Below are positions 26,637-36,644 of a stretch of DNA of 64,000 nt, in pieces. How positions within the stretch are numbered: position 1 is the first letter of the stretch; every line of letters begins with the position of its first letter. Under the pieces are notes generated by a model. It searched no databases. It saw only the letters and a program-made list of their open reading frames with translations, and was not told the DNA's origin. A program made the translations under genes and the position numbers. Source of the DNA: Bacteroidia bacterium (GTDB taxonomy: Bacteria; Bacteroidota; Bacteroidia; Palsa-965); assembly GCA_044448685.1 (NCBI GenBank), contig JBIOHC010000003.1, positions 72,865 through 136,864 of the forward strand, written 5' to 3'.

Positions 26637-27109
26637 GTTTGTTTGACCCGGACGGACTCAGTTTTCTTTCTGCCCTTCACACAAACAAGGTTCGGTTTAT
26701 GCTTGTCGGAGGAATCGCCGTTAACTATTATGGACATTCCAGAGCAACCGGAGATATTGATTTATGGGTTGAGGACTCCCTTTCAAACCGGCACAATCTT
26801 GTATCTGCATTAAAGGATTATGGGATTGAACAGGCGGAGATTTTTTTAACGCTTCCATTATTGGCTGGATATTCTGAAGTACTCCTCAACAGCGGCGTAT
26901 ACATTGACCTGATGTCAGAGCTCCAGTTTTTCAAAAAGGACTCCTTCTTTGAATGTTATGAGTTGGCTGAGGTTTTTGAAGTTGACCAAATTGATCTTAA
27001 AGTCCTCCACATTAACCGCCTCATAGAAGAGAAAAAAAAATCGTCCCGATCCAAAGACCGGGATGATGCAGAAATGCTGGAAGCTATTCTTCGTAAACGG
27101 AAAGTCTGA
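26633..27109 (+). CDS. Minimal pol-beta-superfamily nucleotidyltransferase (ANT(2'')-like or DUF-type NTase).
   Basis: 158 aa. hGG-x9-13-DhD nucleotidyltransferase signature (MLVGGIAVNYYGHSRATGDIDLWV). It resembles the ANT(2'')-Ia motif WIGGGWAIDARLGRVTRKHDDIDL. Confidence 0.5.
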   Translation: MSLFDPDGLSFLSALHTNKVRFMLVGGIAVNYYGHSRATGDIDLWVEDSLSNRHNLVSALKDYGIEQAEIFLTLPLLAGYSEVLLNSGVYIDLMSELQFFKKDSFFECYELAEVFEVDQIDLKVLHINRLIEEKKKSSRSKDRDDAEMLEAILRKRKV

Positions 27110-27112
27110 TTC

Positions 27113-28672
27113 CTAGATATTGAAATTAATCCCTTGTGCCAGCGGCAACTTGGAACCGTAATTGATCGTGTTGGTTTGGCGGCGCATATATACTTTCCAG
27201 GCATCGGAACCGCTTTCCCTTCCTCCACCTGTTTCCTTCTCACCACCGAAAGCACCACCTATTTCAGCACCGGAAGTTCCGATATTGACGTTGGCAATAC
27301 CGCAGTCTGAACCGGAAGCAGCCAGAAAGGCTTCCATTTCGCACATGTTATTGGTAAAGATTGACGATGATAGTCCCTGCGGAACACCGTTCTGCATGGC
27401 AATGGCTTCTTCGATCGTTTTGTATTTCATGACATACAGGATAGGCGCAAATGTTTCTTCCTGTACAATATGATATTCATTCTTAGCCTCTACAATGCAA
27501 GGCTTCACGTAGCAGCAGCTTTCGTATCCGTCGCCTGCAACCACACCTCCATCCACAACAATTTTTCCGCCTTCTGTTTTGGCGCGCTCAATAGCGGTGA
27601 GGTAATCATCAACCGCTTTTTTATCAATCAGTGGCCCCACGTGGTTATTTGCATCCAGTGGATTTCCGATTTTCAGCTGTCCGTATGCATTCTTCAGCAC
27701 ATTCAGGGTTTTATCGTAAATGCTTTCATGAATGATGAGCCTGCGGGTGGAAGTGCAACGCTGACCGGCAGTACCAACAGCTCCGAATACGGATCCTACA
27801 AGCACCATACTGAGGTCTGCGTGCTCGGAAACTATGATTGCATTGTTACCACCCAGTTCAAGGATTGTTTTTCCGAAACGGCGTGCAACACTTTCGGACA
27901 CGATACGACCTATACGGGTTGAACCGGTAAAGGAAACCAGGGGAACACGTTTATCATTATTCATCAGATCCCCGACCGGATTACCTATAAGCAGACAGCT
28001 GACTCCTTCCGGGATATCATTCTTTTTCAGTACATCGGTAATAATATTCTGACAGGCAATGGCACAAAGAGGGGTTTTGGAGCTTGGTTTCCAAATACAG
28101 ACATCTCCGCAAACCCAGGCTAGCATGGCATTCCAGCTCCATACGGCAACAGGGAAGTTAAAAGCTGAAATAATTCCAACAATTCCCAATGGGTGGTACT
28201 GTTCATACATACGGTGCTGGGGACGCTCACTGTGCATGGTAAGACCATAGAGCTGACGGGAAAGACCCACAGCGAAATCACAGATATCGATCATCTCCTG
28301 CACTTCGCCTAAACCTTCCTGCAGGCTTTTTCCCATTTCATAGGAAACGAGTTTGCCGAGGGGATCTTTGTATTTGCGCAGCTGGTCGCCCATCTGACGT
28401 ACCATTTCTCCTCTTTTCGGTGCTGGAACATCCCTCCACACCTTGAATGCAGCCTCGGCAGTTTTTACGATATGCTCATAATCGGCAGCGGTGGCCGTAT
28501 GGATGGAGCCGATCAGCTGCCCGTTGACAGGAGAAAATGATTCTATTTTAGGACCCTTGGTCTGGAAATGTTTTGTTCCGGTAGATGCTCCATAATTCTG
28601 GGCTTCTATACCGAGTTGTTTCAATACCTGTTCGATACCGAATGTATCCTTGGAAAGTGTGGTGGTTGACAT
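27113..28672 (-). CDS. Aldehyde dehydrogenase of the ALDH7 (alpha-aminoadipic/piperideine-6-carboxylate semialdehyde dehydrogenase) type.
   Basis: 519 aa. It is strongly co-linear with ALDH7A1-type sequences (VPAPKRGEMVRQMGD ... GEVQEMIDICDFAVGLSR ... GIISAFNFPVAVWSWNAMLAWVCGDVCIWKPS). Confidence 0.8.
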   Translation of the reverse strand: MSTTTLSKDTFGIEQVLKQLGIEAQNYGASTGTKHFQTKGPKIESFSPVNGQLIGSIHTATAADYEHIVKTAEAAFKVWRDVPAPKRGEMVRQMGDQLRKYKDPLGKLVSYEMGKSLQEGLGEVQEMIDICDFAVGLSRQLYGLTMHSERPQHRMYEQYHPLGIVGIISAFNFPVAVWSWNAMLAWVCGDVCIWKPSSKTPLCAIACQNIITDVLKKNDIPEGVSCLLIGNPVGDLMNNDKRVPLVSFTGSTRIGRIVSESVARRFGKTILELGGNNAIIVSEHADLSMVLVGSVFGAVGTAGQRCTSTRRLIIHESIYDKTLNVLKNAYGQLKIGNPLDANNHVGPLIDKKAVDDYLTAIERAKTEGGKIVVDGGVVAGDGYESCCYVKPCIVEAKNEYHIVQEETFAPILYVMKYKTIEEAIAMQNGVPQGLSSSIFTNNMCEMEAFLAASGSDCGIANVNIGTSGAEIGGAFGGEKETGGGRESGSDAWKVYMRRQTNTINYGSKLPLAQGINFNI

Positions 28673-28721
28673 ATGCAGTGTTTTTTGGTAAAGCCTTGCA
28701 AAATTAACACAATTGCCCGAA

Positions 28722-29495
28722 TCAATGCGGCTTGGGCTGTGTTTTGTTCTCCACAGTCTGTGCAGGTGGTATAGACCTGTTATAGATGATTTTAGCAGCT
28801 ACGGAAAGGACCTGATTGCTGATCTTTTTGGGATCATTCTGTCCGGGTTCGAATTTTACCTTTGCCAGTCCCCCTCCGACTTGTTTGCCAAGTACATCAT
28901 AGGTTGTAAAATGTACCCAGGCTTCCCGTTGAGGAACAAGATCGGTAGAAACAGCACCTTTCAGATCCAGTTCGGAGATAAAAACAAACAGTTCGGCTCC
29001 GTATTTTTTATGCATGGCTTCGAGTAATCCGGGCTGGTTGATAACGGTACGCATATAACGCTCTTCATCACCGTGAGTAGGTGTGGTGATCTGCCCGTTG
29101 CTGACACTTTTCTGATCATCCGGTTTTTCCTTTCCCGAGCAAAGAGTGTATTTGTAACCTATAGATTTGTAAATAAACCGGAGATCCTTGCCTGTCTTAC
29201 TCGTGTCTTTGAGCAGGGATACAGGTTTATAGGTAATCTTAAACCTGGACATGAGCTGATTGTCTAAGCCCTGACGAAGAGTTTCCCTTATCTGAGGCAC
29301 TGTCATCTTTGTTTCCTTATTGATGCTTCTGTCAATATCCGACATATACATCTTCCTTTCGGGAGGAATGATCAGCATCTTTGTCTTAACCGGTGCAGGT
29401 GCTTTATCTGCTTCATTATCCTTCTTCTCCTGAGCAGTACCAGCCAGGGAGTAGAAAAACAGGATCAGGAAGCAAGAGGAAGCAAACCTGTTCAT
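28722..29495 (-). CDS. Hypothetical secreted/lipoprotein.
   Basis: 257 aa. N-terminal signal peptide. No recognisable motif. Confidence 0.4.
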   Translation of the reverse strand: MNRFASSCFLILFFYSLAGTAQEKKDNEADKAPAPVKTKMLIIPPERKMYMSDIDRSINKETKMTVPQIRETLRQGLDNQLMSRFKITYKPVSLLKDTSKTGKDLRFIYKSIGYKYTLCSGKEKPDDQKSVSNGQITTPTHGDEERYMRTVINQPGLLEAMHKKYGAELFVFISELDLKGAVSTDLVPQREAWVHFTTYDVLGKQVGGGLAKVKFEPGQNDPKKISNQVLSVAAKIIYNRSIPPAQTVENKTQPKPH

Positions 29496-29503
29496 TGGCA
29501 GGA

Positions 29504-30826
29504 TCAGTTTCTTAAATGCCTGAAGACATCATTGCCATTGGCAAAGACAAAGAGGGCAAGAAGCAATACCATTCCGGCCAGCTGTGCATATTCCATCACT
29601 TTCTGGTTTGGTTTGCGCCGGGTAATCATTTCATACAACAGAAACATGACATGGCCTCCGTCCAGAGCAGGAATAGGAAGAATATTCATGAATGCAAGAA
29701 TGATGGAAATAAATGCTGTCAGATTCCAGAACGAAGCCCAGTCCCATACCGGAGCAAACAAGCTGCCGAAGGTGCCGAAACCGCCCATCTGTTTGACCCC
29801 TTCTTTCGTAAAGACATATTTGAAATTACTTACATAAGCACTCAATTTTTCCGAAGCAAGTTCGAATCCTTTGGGGATAGATTGAAAAAAGGAATAGTGT
29901 TCTGTTTTCGAAGGCAGGAATTTATCATAACTGCGCTGATAGACTCCAATATGTCCATCGTCTGTAACATTTACCTGTATTGACATTTTCTTTCCATCCC
30001 GGATTATTCCAAGGCTGGCAGTTTTTCCTGACAGAGGTTCTATCTTAGGAAAGAATTCCTCGAAATAGCGAATAGAATCCTTGTTGACAGCAACAATCTG
30101 ATCTCCTTTGCGGATACCGGCTTTTATTGCAGGATCTCCCTCACGTAAACTGTTAACAATGAAAGGATAAGCCGGGGCAATAAGACCCTTTTTCTTCTTG
30201 GTAAGCAGGGTTTTCTGAACAAAGGTATCGGGTATTAAAATAGTTTTTGTTTCTCCGTTTCTGTCAACGATAAAGACTTTTGCCTTATCATTTACAATTT
30301 TAGGCCCTATCTCATCAAAATTCACAACCTTTTTTCCATCTATGGAAATGACCTTGTCTCCGGTCTGAAAACCCAGGTTAACCATTTCAGGGACAAATAC
30401 AGCTCCAAACTTCGCATTCTGAATCGGCAATACTGTTACACCCCATACAAATGCAATCATGCAGTAAATAAGGAATCCCAGAATTATATTGACGGTAACA
30501 CCACCCAGCATAACAATGAGTCTTTGCCAGGCCGGCTTGGAACGGAATTCCCAGTCCTTGGCAGGTTCTTTCATCTGTTCCTTATCCATAGACTCATCGA
30601 CCATGCCTGCAATTTTTACATAACCGCCAAGAGGCAGCCAGCCAATACCATATTCGGTATCGCCTTTTTTAAATTTGAACAGGGAGAACCAGGGATCAAA
30701 AAAGAGGTAGAATTTTTCCACTCTTATTTTGAACAGACGGGCAGGAATAAAATGTCCGGCCTCATGTAATATGATGAGTATAGAAAGACTGAGAATCAGT
30801 TGTGCAGCCTTGATTAATATTTCCAT
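29504..30826 (-). CDS. rseP: RIP zinc metalloprotease RseP (site-2 protease, M50).
   Basis: 440 aa. HEAGH motif in TM1 (IILHEAGHFIPARLF), PDZ domain, and C-terminal LDGG motif. Confidence 0.85.
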   Translation of the reverse strand: MEILIKAAQLILSLSILIILHEAGHFIPARLFKIRVEKFYLFFDPWFSLFKFKKGDTEYGIGWLPLGGYVKIAGMVDESMDKEQMKEPAKDWEFRSKPAWQRLIVMLGGVTVNIILGFLIYCMIAFVWGVTVLPIQNAKFGAVFVPEMVNLGFQTGDKVISIDGKKVVNFDEIGPKIVNDKAKVFIVDRNGETKTILIPDTFVQKTLLTKKKKGLIAPAYPFIVNSLREGDPAIKAGIRKGDQIVAVNKDSIRYFEEFFPKIEPLSGKTASLGIIRDGKKMSIQVNVTDDGHIGVYQRSYDKFLPSKTEHYSFFQSIPKGFELASEKLSAYVSNFKYVFTKEGVKQMGGFGTFGSLFAPVWDWASFWNLTAFISIILAFMNILPIPALDGGHVMFLLYEMITRRKPNQKVMEYAQLAGMVLLLALFVFANGNDVFRHLRN

Positions 30827-30871
30827 TAGGGTGTTTTAATAACGTGTAAAGTTACAGAATTAAAGCCAGAA

Positions 30872-32053
30872 TCAGCGTTCTATCATTGCTGTTGTGAGCA
30901 GACGGGTTTCCTGATCTGTTTCAATATAATCGGAATAGGATGGTTTGTCAATAAATGCAATCTGCTGCATTGCCTTTTCAAGGATATCGGGGATGGAGTT
31001 GAAAGCTACTTTATCATGCAGAAATGCTCTGACAACCACTTCATTAGCTGCATTGAGTATACACGACATATTTCCTCCCTGTTTAAGGGCTTCGAAAGCC
31101 AGTGGTAAGCAACGGAAGGTTTGGGTATCCGGTTTTTCAAAGGTCAAGTTAGGGTATTTCAAAAAATCAAAGCGCGGAAAACGGGAAGGAAGCCGCTTCG
31201 GATAGGTAAGTGCGTATTGAATTGGCAGCTTCATATCGGGCAGGCCCATCTGAGCCTTCATAGATCCGTCTTCAAACTGGACAATAGAATGAATGATACT
31301 CTGAGGATGTATAACCACATCGATCTGTTCCGGACGCAGGTGAAAAAGCCACTTAGCTTCAATCACTTCCAGACCTTTATTCATGAGTGTGGACGAATCA
31401 ATGGTGATCTTTGCACCCATATCCCAGTTTGGATGCTTCAATGCCTGCTCCTTCTTTACTTTAGCCAGGAACTCCAATGATTTACCCCTGAATGGGCCTC
31501 CGGAAGCCGTGAGATAAATTTTCTCAATCTTATTGTGGAACTCTCCGGCAAGGCATTGGAAAATGGCTGAATGCTCGGAATCAACAGGATAAATATTGAC
31601 CCCGTTTTCTCTGGCCATTGCCGTGACCATTGCTCCTGCAACTACCAGGGTTTCCTTATTGGCCAGGGCAATCTGCTTGCCGGCCTTGATGGCCGACAGG
31701 GTTGAAGCTAGTCCGGCATAACCCACAATAGCTGTCAGCACCATATCAATACTTTCCATTGTAACCACCTGTGAAATGGCTTCCTGTCCGGCAAATACCT
31801 TAATGTCTTCTGCTTTCAATGCTTCCTTCACCAGGGCATACTGATGTTCATCGGCAATAACTACCGCATTCGGCCTGAACTCCAAAGCCTGGGCTATAAG
31901 GAGTGCTGCATTTCCATTACCCGTTAACACTTCCACCTGAAAGTGCTCCGGATGGGCTCTTACCACTTCCAAAGCCTGAGTGCCGATGGAGCCGGTAGAA
32001 CCGAGGATGGCTAAATGTTTGGTAAGGGCGGAATCCTGTTTGTTTTTTTTCAC
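30872..32053 (-). CDS. dxr: 1-deoxy-D-xylulose-5-phosphate reductoisomerase.
   Basis: LAILGSTGSIGTQALEVV NADPH-binding N-terminus and 393-aa Dxr architecture. Confidence 0.9.
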   Translation of the reverse strand: MKKNKQDSALTKHLAILGSTGSIGTQALEVVRAHPEHFQVEVLTGNGNAALLIAQALEFRPNAVVIADEHQYALVKEALKAEDIKVFAGQEAISQVVTMESIDMVLTAIVGYAGLASTLSAIKAGKQIALANKETLVVAGAMVTAMARENGVNIYPVDSEHSAIFQCLAGEFHNKIEKIYLTASGGPFRGKSLEFLAKVKKEQALKHPNWDMGAKITIDSSTLMNKGLEVIEAKWLFHLRPEQIDVVIHPQSIIHSIVQFEDGSMKAQMGLPDMKLPIQYALTYPKRLPSRFPRFDFLKYPNLTFEKPDTQTFRCLPLAFEALKQGGNMSCILNAANEVVVRAFLHDKVAFNSIPDILEKAMQQIAFIDKPSYSDYIETDQETRLLTTAMIER

Positions 32054-32061
32054 AATAAATC

Positions 32062-32934
32062 TTAAAATACCATATAATCCTGTGGGTCAACAGCGCTTCC
32101 GTTATACCACAATTCAAAATGAAGATGGGGACCTGTACTTTGTTCTCCGGAATTACCTACAATAGCAACCGGCTCTCCGGCTTTTACATATTCTCCTGTT
32201 TTTTTAAGCAGAACCGAATTGTGTTTATATACCGACAGGAGGTTGTTGGAATGCTGGATCTGAATGACGTATCCTGTTTCGCTCGACCAGCCTGAAAAAA
32301 CCACTGTTCCGTCAAGTGTCGCTTTCACAGCTTCATTCTCTTTTGTAACAATATCAATGCCATAATGCTCTGTTGCCGGACCAAAAGAGGAGCTCACCAT
32401 ACCATTGACCGGTGAAAAGAAAAAGAATCCCGCTATACTGTTTTTACCCTTGGAAACGGCATTCACAGTAAGGGTGTATTTGTCCTGCGCTTCATATCCG
32501 CTGCGAAAAGCAGAATCATTTTTGGAGTTTTTGGTGTTTATCTTCTTGTATTTTTTGGTCGAATCTGTTTTCACCTTCTCCGGTTTGGGCGTGCTGTCCC
32601 CGTTCAAGACATGTGTCAGATTCCGTATATATTCTTCCCTGGCATGTACAGCCTGGGCCAGAGAATCTGTTTTAAGAGCCAGCACAATCAGGTCCCTCTT
32701 GGTAGCTATTTCCGAAGCATATCCGGGTATGTATTCACGAAGCGGGGTAAATGCAATGATACTGGTTACAAGGGCTATCATGATGAAGGAAATAAATCCT
32801 ACGGCCATGAATACATTCAGGGGACTGAGTCGAAATGAGAATTTTTCAGCAAAGGAATCGTCATTCAACAGCACCATACGGTACTTTACCTTGAGACGGT
32901 CAAATAATTTTCTTTTCTTTTTTTCTTCTGACAT
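32062..32934 (-). CDS. M23-family metallopeptidase.
   Basis: 290 aa. N-terminal transmembrane anchor and a C-terminal LytM domain with the HxH motif (GPHLHFELWYNG). Confidence 0.8.
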   Translation of the reverse strand: MSEEKKKRKLFDRLKVKYRMVLLNDDSFAEKFSFRLSPLNVFMAVGFISFIMIALVTSIIAFTPLREYIPGYASEIATKRDLIVLALKTDSLAQAVHAREEYIRNLTHVLNGDSTPKPEKVKTDSTKKYKKINTKNSKNDSAFRSGYEAQDKYTLTVNAVSKGKNSIAGFFFFSPVNGMVSSSFGPATEHYGIDIVTKENEAVKATLDGTVVFSGWSSETGYVIQIQHSNNLLSVYKHNSVLLKKTGEYVKAGEPVAIVGNSGEQSTGPHLHFELWYNGSAVDPQDYMVF

Positions 32935-32992
32935 GCCAATACAACAAAGATCGCAAATTCCGATGAAGAAAGGAATTCCTTAATTTCACCCT

Positions 32993-33313
32993 ATGGAACA
33001 AACCCGTTTGGAACAGATTCTGGAAATGCTGAATGCCGATCCTGCTGATTCCTTTCTTAACTATGCACTTGCTCTGGAGTATGAAAAGGCAGGAAAACCC
33101 GAAGAGGCAATCCGTATGCTTGAAAAATTGCTGGAAAGAGATCCTTCTTATACCGGAGCGTATTATAAGCTCGGGCAGCTGTATGAAAGCGTGAAAGAAC
33201 TGAAAAAAGCAGCCGACTGTTACAGAAGAGGTGTTGTGCTTACGCAACAGCAGGGCCACACCAGGACCTGGCGGGAACTCAAAGAAGCTTTACAGCAACT
33301 GGATGATCAGTGA
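32993..33313 (+). CDS. Small tetratricopeptide-repeat protein.
   Basis: 106 aa. Two to three TPR-like helical repeats (LNYALALEYEKAGKPEEAIRMLEKLLERDPSYTGAYYKLGQLYE). Confidence 0.55.
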   Translation: MEQTRLEQILEMLNADPADSFLNYALALEYEKAGKPEEAIRMLEKLLERDPSYTGAYYKLGQLYESVKELKKAADCYRRGVVLTQQQGHTRTWRELKEALQQLDDQ

Positions 33314-33321
33314 ACCGGTAT

Positions 33322-33660
33322 TCAGGCTTTTTCAACATGTACAGCAGTGCCATAAGCAAGCACTTCTGTAACTCCGGCCATAATTTCATTGGCATCATAA
33401 CGCATTCCGATAACGGCATTGGCTCCCATTTTTTCGGCATGATCACACATGATCTGAAAAGCATCTTCTCTCGCCTTTTCACAAAGCTCGGCATAGATGG
33501 AAATATTGCCGCCGAACAAAGTTTGAAAGCTGGCACCTATATTCCCAAATACACTGCGGGAACGTACCGTAAGTCCTCTTACGACGCCCAGGTTGCGTGT
33601 AATTTTAAATCCATCGAGTACAAATGCGGTGGTGATATTAGATTTATCCATGTTTAGCAA
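33322..33660 (-). CDS. YbjQ-family (UPF0145) protein.
   Basis: 112 aa. GANAVIGMRYDANE motif typical of the YbjQ family. Confidence 0.7.
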   Translation of the reverse strand: MLNMDKSNITTAFVLDGFKITRNLGVVRGLTVRSRSVFGNIGASFQTLFGGNISIYAELCEKAREDAFQIMCDHAEKMGANAVIGMRYDANEIMAGVTEVLAYGTAVHVEKA

Positions 33661-33678
33661 AATTGGTGTTAGGTTTAT

Positions 33679-34728
33679 TTATTTGAATTCCCAATCGAAC
33701 TTGTCCAGATCGAGCAGGCAATGTTTAAGCAGATCTATTGCAGCCCTTATATCACTTTTATCGGCCATTTCAATAACCTGATGGATATGACGTGTCGGTA
33801 TGGATACCGCGCCTGAAATAGCTCCTCCGGGGGTCATACGCTGAATTCCTGCAGTATCTGTTCCTCCGGCAGGAAGGATTTCATCCTGGTGTTTGATTTT
33901 ATGTTTTACGGCTACCTCCCGCATATACCGAACCATGCGGTAATCGCAGATGGTAGAGGAGTCCATAATTTTAATTGCGGCACCCTTTCCGAGACTTGTG
34001 ACCTTTTCATGTTCCTTGGCTCCCGGCACATCGAATGCAATGGTGGTATCAAGACCGAATCCGAAATCCGGCCGGATCTGCATTGCACTTGTTCCGGCAC
34101 CACGAATCCCCACTTCTTCCTGAACAGTAAAGACTGCATAGAGATCATACGGAAGGTTTTTGATTTCCCTCAGCACCTCAAGCAAAATAAATACGGATAC
34201 CCGGTTATCGATTGATTTGCAGTTCACACAATTCCCCATCTCTATCAGTTCACGCTGGCGGGTTACCACATCACCCGGACGGATGATCTTTTCCGCGTCT
34301 TTCTTTGACAAGCCAAGATCAATGAAATAATCACTCAGAGGCACCACTTTGGCTCTTTCTTCTGCACTCATCATATGAATAGGTTTACTGCCCATCACAC
34401 CTATCACATCTTTTTTTCCATGCACGATGACCCGTTGAGCTGTCAAAGTTTTAGGGTCGAATCCTCCCAGCGGAATGAAACGTAAAAATCCGTTTTCGTC
34501 AATATGGGTTACCAGGAAAGCAATCTCATCCATATGAGCCGCCACCATAACCTTTTTCGGTTTCTTTCCCTTACGGAATACGGTCACATTACCCATACTG
34601 TCGGTGGTGATGGAATCGGCAAAAGGCCTGGCTTCCTTTTGTACAAATGCTCTTACCCGCTGTTCATGTCCGGGAGCGCCGGCCATTTCACAGATTTTTT
34701 TCAGCAAGGCTACATTGATTTCTGCCAT
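33679..34728 (-). CDS. M42-family metallo-aminopeptidase (FrvX/glutamyl aminopeptidase-like).
   Basis: 349 aa. MAAHMDEIAF metal-binding motif and co-linearity with M42 peptidases. Confidence 0.8.
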   Translation of the reverse strand: MAEINVALLKKICEMAGAPGHEQRVRAFVQKEARPFADSITTDSMGNVTVFRKGKKPKKVMVAAHMDEIAFLVTHIDENGFLRFIPLGGFDPKTLTAQRVIVHGKKDVIGVMGSKPIHMMSAEERAKVVPLSDYFIDLGLSKKDAEKIIRPGDVVTRQRELIEMGNCVNCKSIDNRVSVFILLEVLREIKNLPYDLYAVFTVQEEVGIRGAGTSAMQIRPDFGFGLDTTIAFDVPGAKEHEKVTSLGKGAAIKIMDSSTICDYRMVRYMREVAVKHKIKHQDEILPAGGTDTAGIQRMTPGGAISGAVSIPTRHIHQVIEMADKSDIRAAIDLLKHCLLDLDKFDWEFK

Positions 34729-34730
34729 GG

Positions 34731-36158
34731 CTATTCAGTTATGATAGAAAGTTTTAACATATTGGTACGGCCCCGTTCCTTCATGGGCATGCTGGCAATG
34801 TTGATTATCATATCATCAGTGGCAACCAATTTCTCTGTTTTCAGAAAATCTTTCAGATCGGAAATAGTTTGGTCTGTACTTTCATACCGGTCGTAATAGA
34901 ATCCTTTCACGCCCCATACCAGACTTAATGAAGTCAGCAAAGACCTGTTATCCGTAAAAATATAGATATTCGCTTTGGGCCGGTGACTGGAAAGTTTGAA
35001 TGCGGTATAACCTGAATTGGTCATTGAAATAATCGCTGTTACATTCGCCTGGTGTGCCATTACACAGGCGGTATAACAAATGGAGTCGGATACGAATGTC
35101 TGTGTTTTGAGAGCCGGGGCATGCTCCCTGTGATATATTTCATTTTCCTGCTCCACCCGGGTAATGATCCTTTGCATCGCTTCTATGACTTTGACCGGAT
35201 ATTTCCCAACGGAGGTTTCTCCGCTCAGCATCACGGCATCTGCTCCATCCATCACCGCATTGGCCACATCGTTTACCTCGGCACGGGTAGGTGCAAAATT
35301 TGTGATCATGCTTTCCATCATCTGCGTGGCAATGATGATCGGTTTGGAGGCGGCGATACATTTGTTGACGAGCATTTTCTGAATCATCGGTACCTGCTCG
35401 AAAGGGAGTTCAACACCCAGATCACCACGGGCTACCATCACTCCGTCGGTCATATCAATGATATTGTCAATTTCAAGAATCGCTTCCGGTTTTTCAATTT
35501 TGGCTATGACCCGGGCTTTGAATCCTTTTTTACGTATCAGCTCTTTCAGTTCAACAATATCTGTCACGGAACGTACAAAGGAAAGGGCAATCCAGTCCAC
35601 ATTTTGTTCGAGTGCAAAATCAAGATCGCGCAGGTCTTTTTCAGTCAGGCAAGGAAGGGAAATACGTGTATTGGGCAGATTTACACCCTTTTTAGAGGAC
35701 AGAAAACCTCCGAATATCACTTTGGCATTGACCTCATCCTTTTTGTTAGTTGAGATTACTTCCAGCATTATTTTCCCGTCATCAATCAGGACCTTATCTC
35801 CTACAGCCACATCTTTCGGAAACTGAGGATAGGTGATATATACCTTTTCGGCTGATCCTTCACATTCATGGGTGGTTATCAGTATCTGATTTCCGGCCAC
35901 CAGTTCTGCTCCGGTTCCTTTCATCACTCCAATGCGGAGTTTGGGACCCTGCAAATCAGCCAGCATGCCTACATTAAAACCCAGCTCCTCATTGATAGTG
36001 TGGATATTGGCAATGGTTTTCTTGACAGCCTCGTAATCACCGTGTGAAAAATTGAGTCTGCATATATTGACTCCTGCCAGGATCATGTCCCGTAATACCT
36101 CTATCGAGGCTGTAGCCGGCCCCATGGTAGCTACGATCTTTGTCTTGTTACCTTTCAT
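34731..36158 (-). CDS. pyk: Pyruvate kinase.
   Basis: KTKIVATMGPA N-terminus, the MVARGDLGVE active-site motif and 475-aa length. Confidence 0.9.
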   Translation of the reverse strand: MKGNKTKIVATMGPATASIEVLRDMILAGVNICRLNFSHGDYEAVKKTIANIHTINEELGFNVGMLADLQGPKLRIGVMKGTGAELVAGNQILITTHECEGSAEKVYITYPQFPKDVAVGDKVLIDDGKIMLEVISTNKKDEVNAKVIFGGFLSSKKGVNLPNTRISLPCLTEKDLRDLDFALEQNVDWIALSFVRSVTDIVELKELIRKKGFKARVIAKIEKPEAILEIDNIIDMTDGVMVARGDLGVELPFEQVPMIQKMLVNKCIAASKPIIIATQMMESMITNFAPTRAEVNDVANAVMDGADAVMLSGETSVGKYPVKVIEAMQRIITRVEQENEIYHREHAPALKTQTFVSDSICYTACVMAHQANVTAIISMTNSGYTAFKLSSHRPKANIYIFTDNRSLLTSLSLVWGVKGFYYDRYESTDQTISDLKDFLKTEKLVATDDMIINIASMPMKERGRTNMLKLSIITE

Positions 36159-36223
36159 GGATTAAAAATCGAATGTTTACGAATGTACGAAATAAGGATT
36201 ATATGAATCAGGATGAACCTAGC

Positions 36224-36643
36224 TCAGAAAATAAGATTTTGCCGGGATTTAAGGGTTGCAGGATTGATGGAATGTACGGCCAGGATAAAAGGGATTTCGC
36301 GAACACGTTTTAGTATATTTTCCTTGTAATCGGAATCATATGCACCACGTACAATCAGAAAGTAATCGAATGATTTGTGTTCAGGAATCAGAAATCCTGT
36401 TTCACAACGGTTGGAAACAAGGAAAAAACCGGAATCATTGTCGTCATGAAAATGTTCAAACACGGCATACACTTCCGGGGTTCCTGCCTTACGCGGATTT
36501 ATGACAAGGTCTTCTCCTCGGCAAAGATCTATATCCAGTTTTTCCCTCAGTGCCCAGGAAATGCGGTAATCTTTTTCATGGCAGGAAATTCCGAACAGGA
36601 TAAAGTCGAAATCATATTCTACATCGAGGGTGAATTTACTCAC
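36224..36643 (-). CDS. IPExxxVP-family protein (conserved hypothetical, found just upstream of rnc in Bacteroidetes).
   Basis: 139 aa. IPEHKSFDYFLIV motif. It sits immediately upstream of rnc with only a 1-nt gap. Confidence 0.45.
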   Translation of the reverse strand: MSKFTLDVEYDFDFILFGISCHEKDYRISWALREKLDIDLCRGEDLVINPRKAGTPEVYAVFEHFHDDNDSGFFLVSNRCETGFLIPEHKSFDYFLIVRGAYDSDYKENILKRVREIPFILAVHSINPATLKSRQNLIF

Positions 36644-36644
36644 T

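Noticed and set aside
35052-35753. 233-aa plus-strand ORF.
   Set aside because: Antisense to pyruvate kinase. The composition is His/Gly/Phe-rich, with no recognisable fold.
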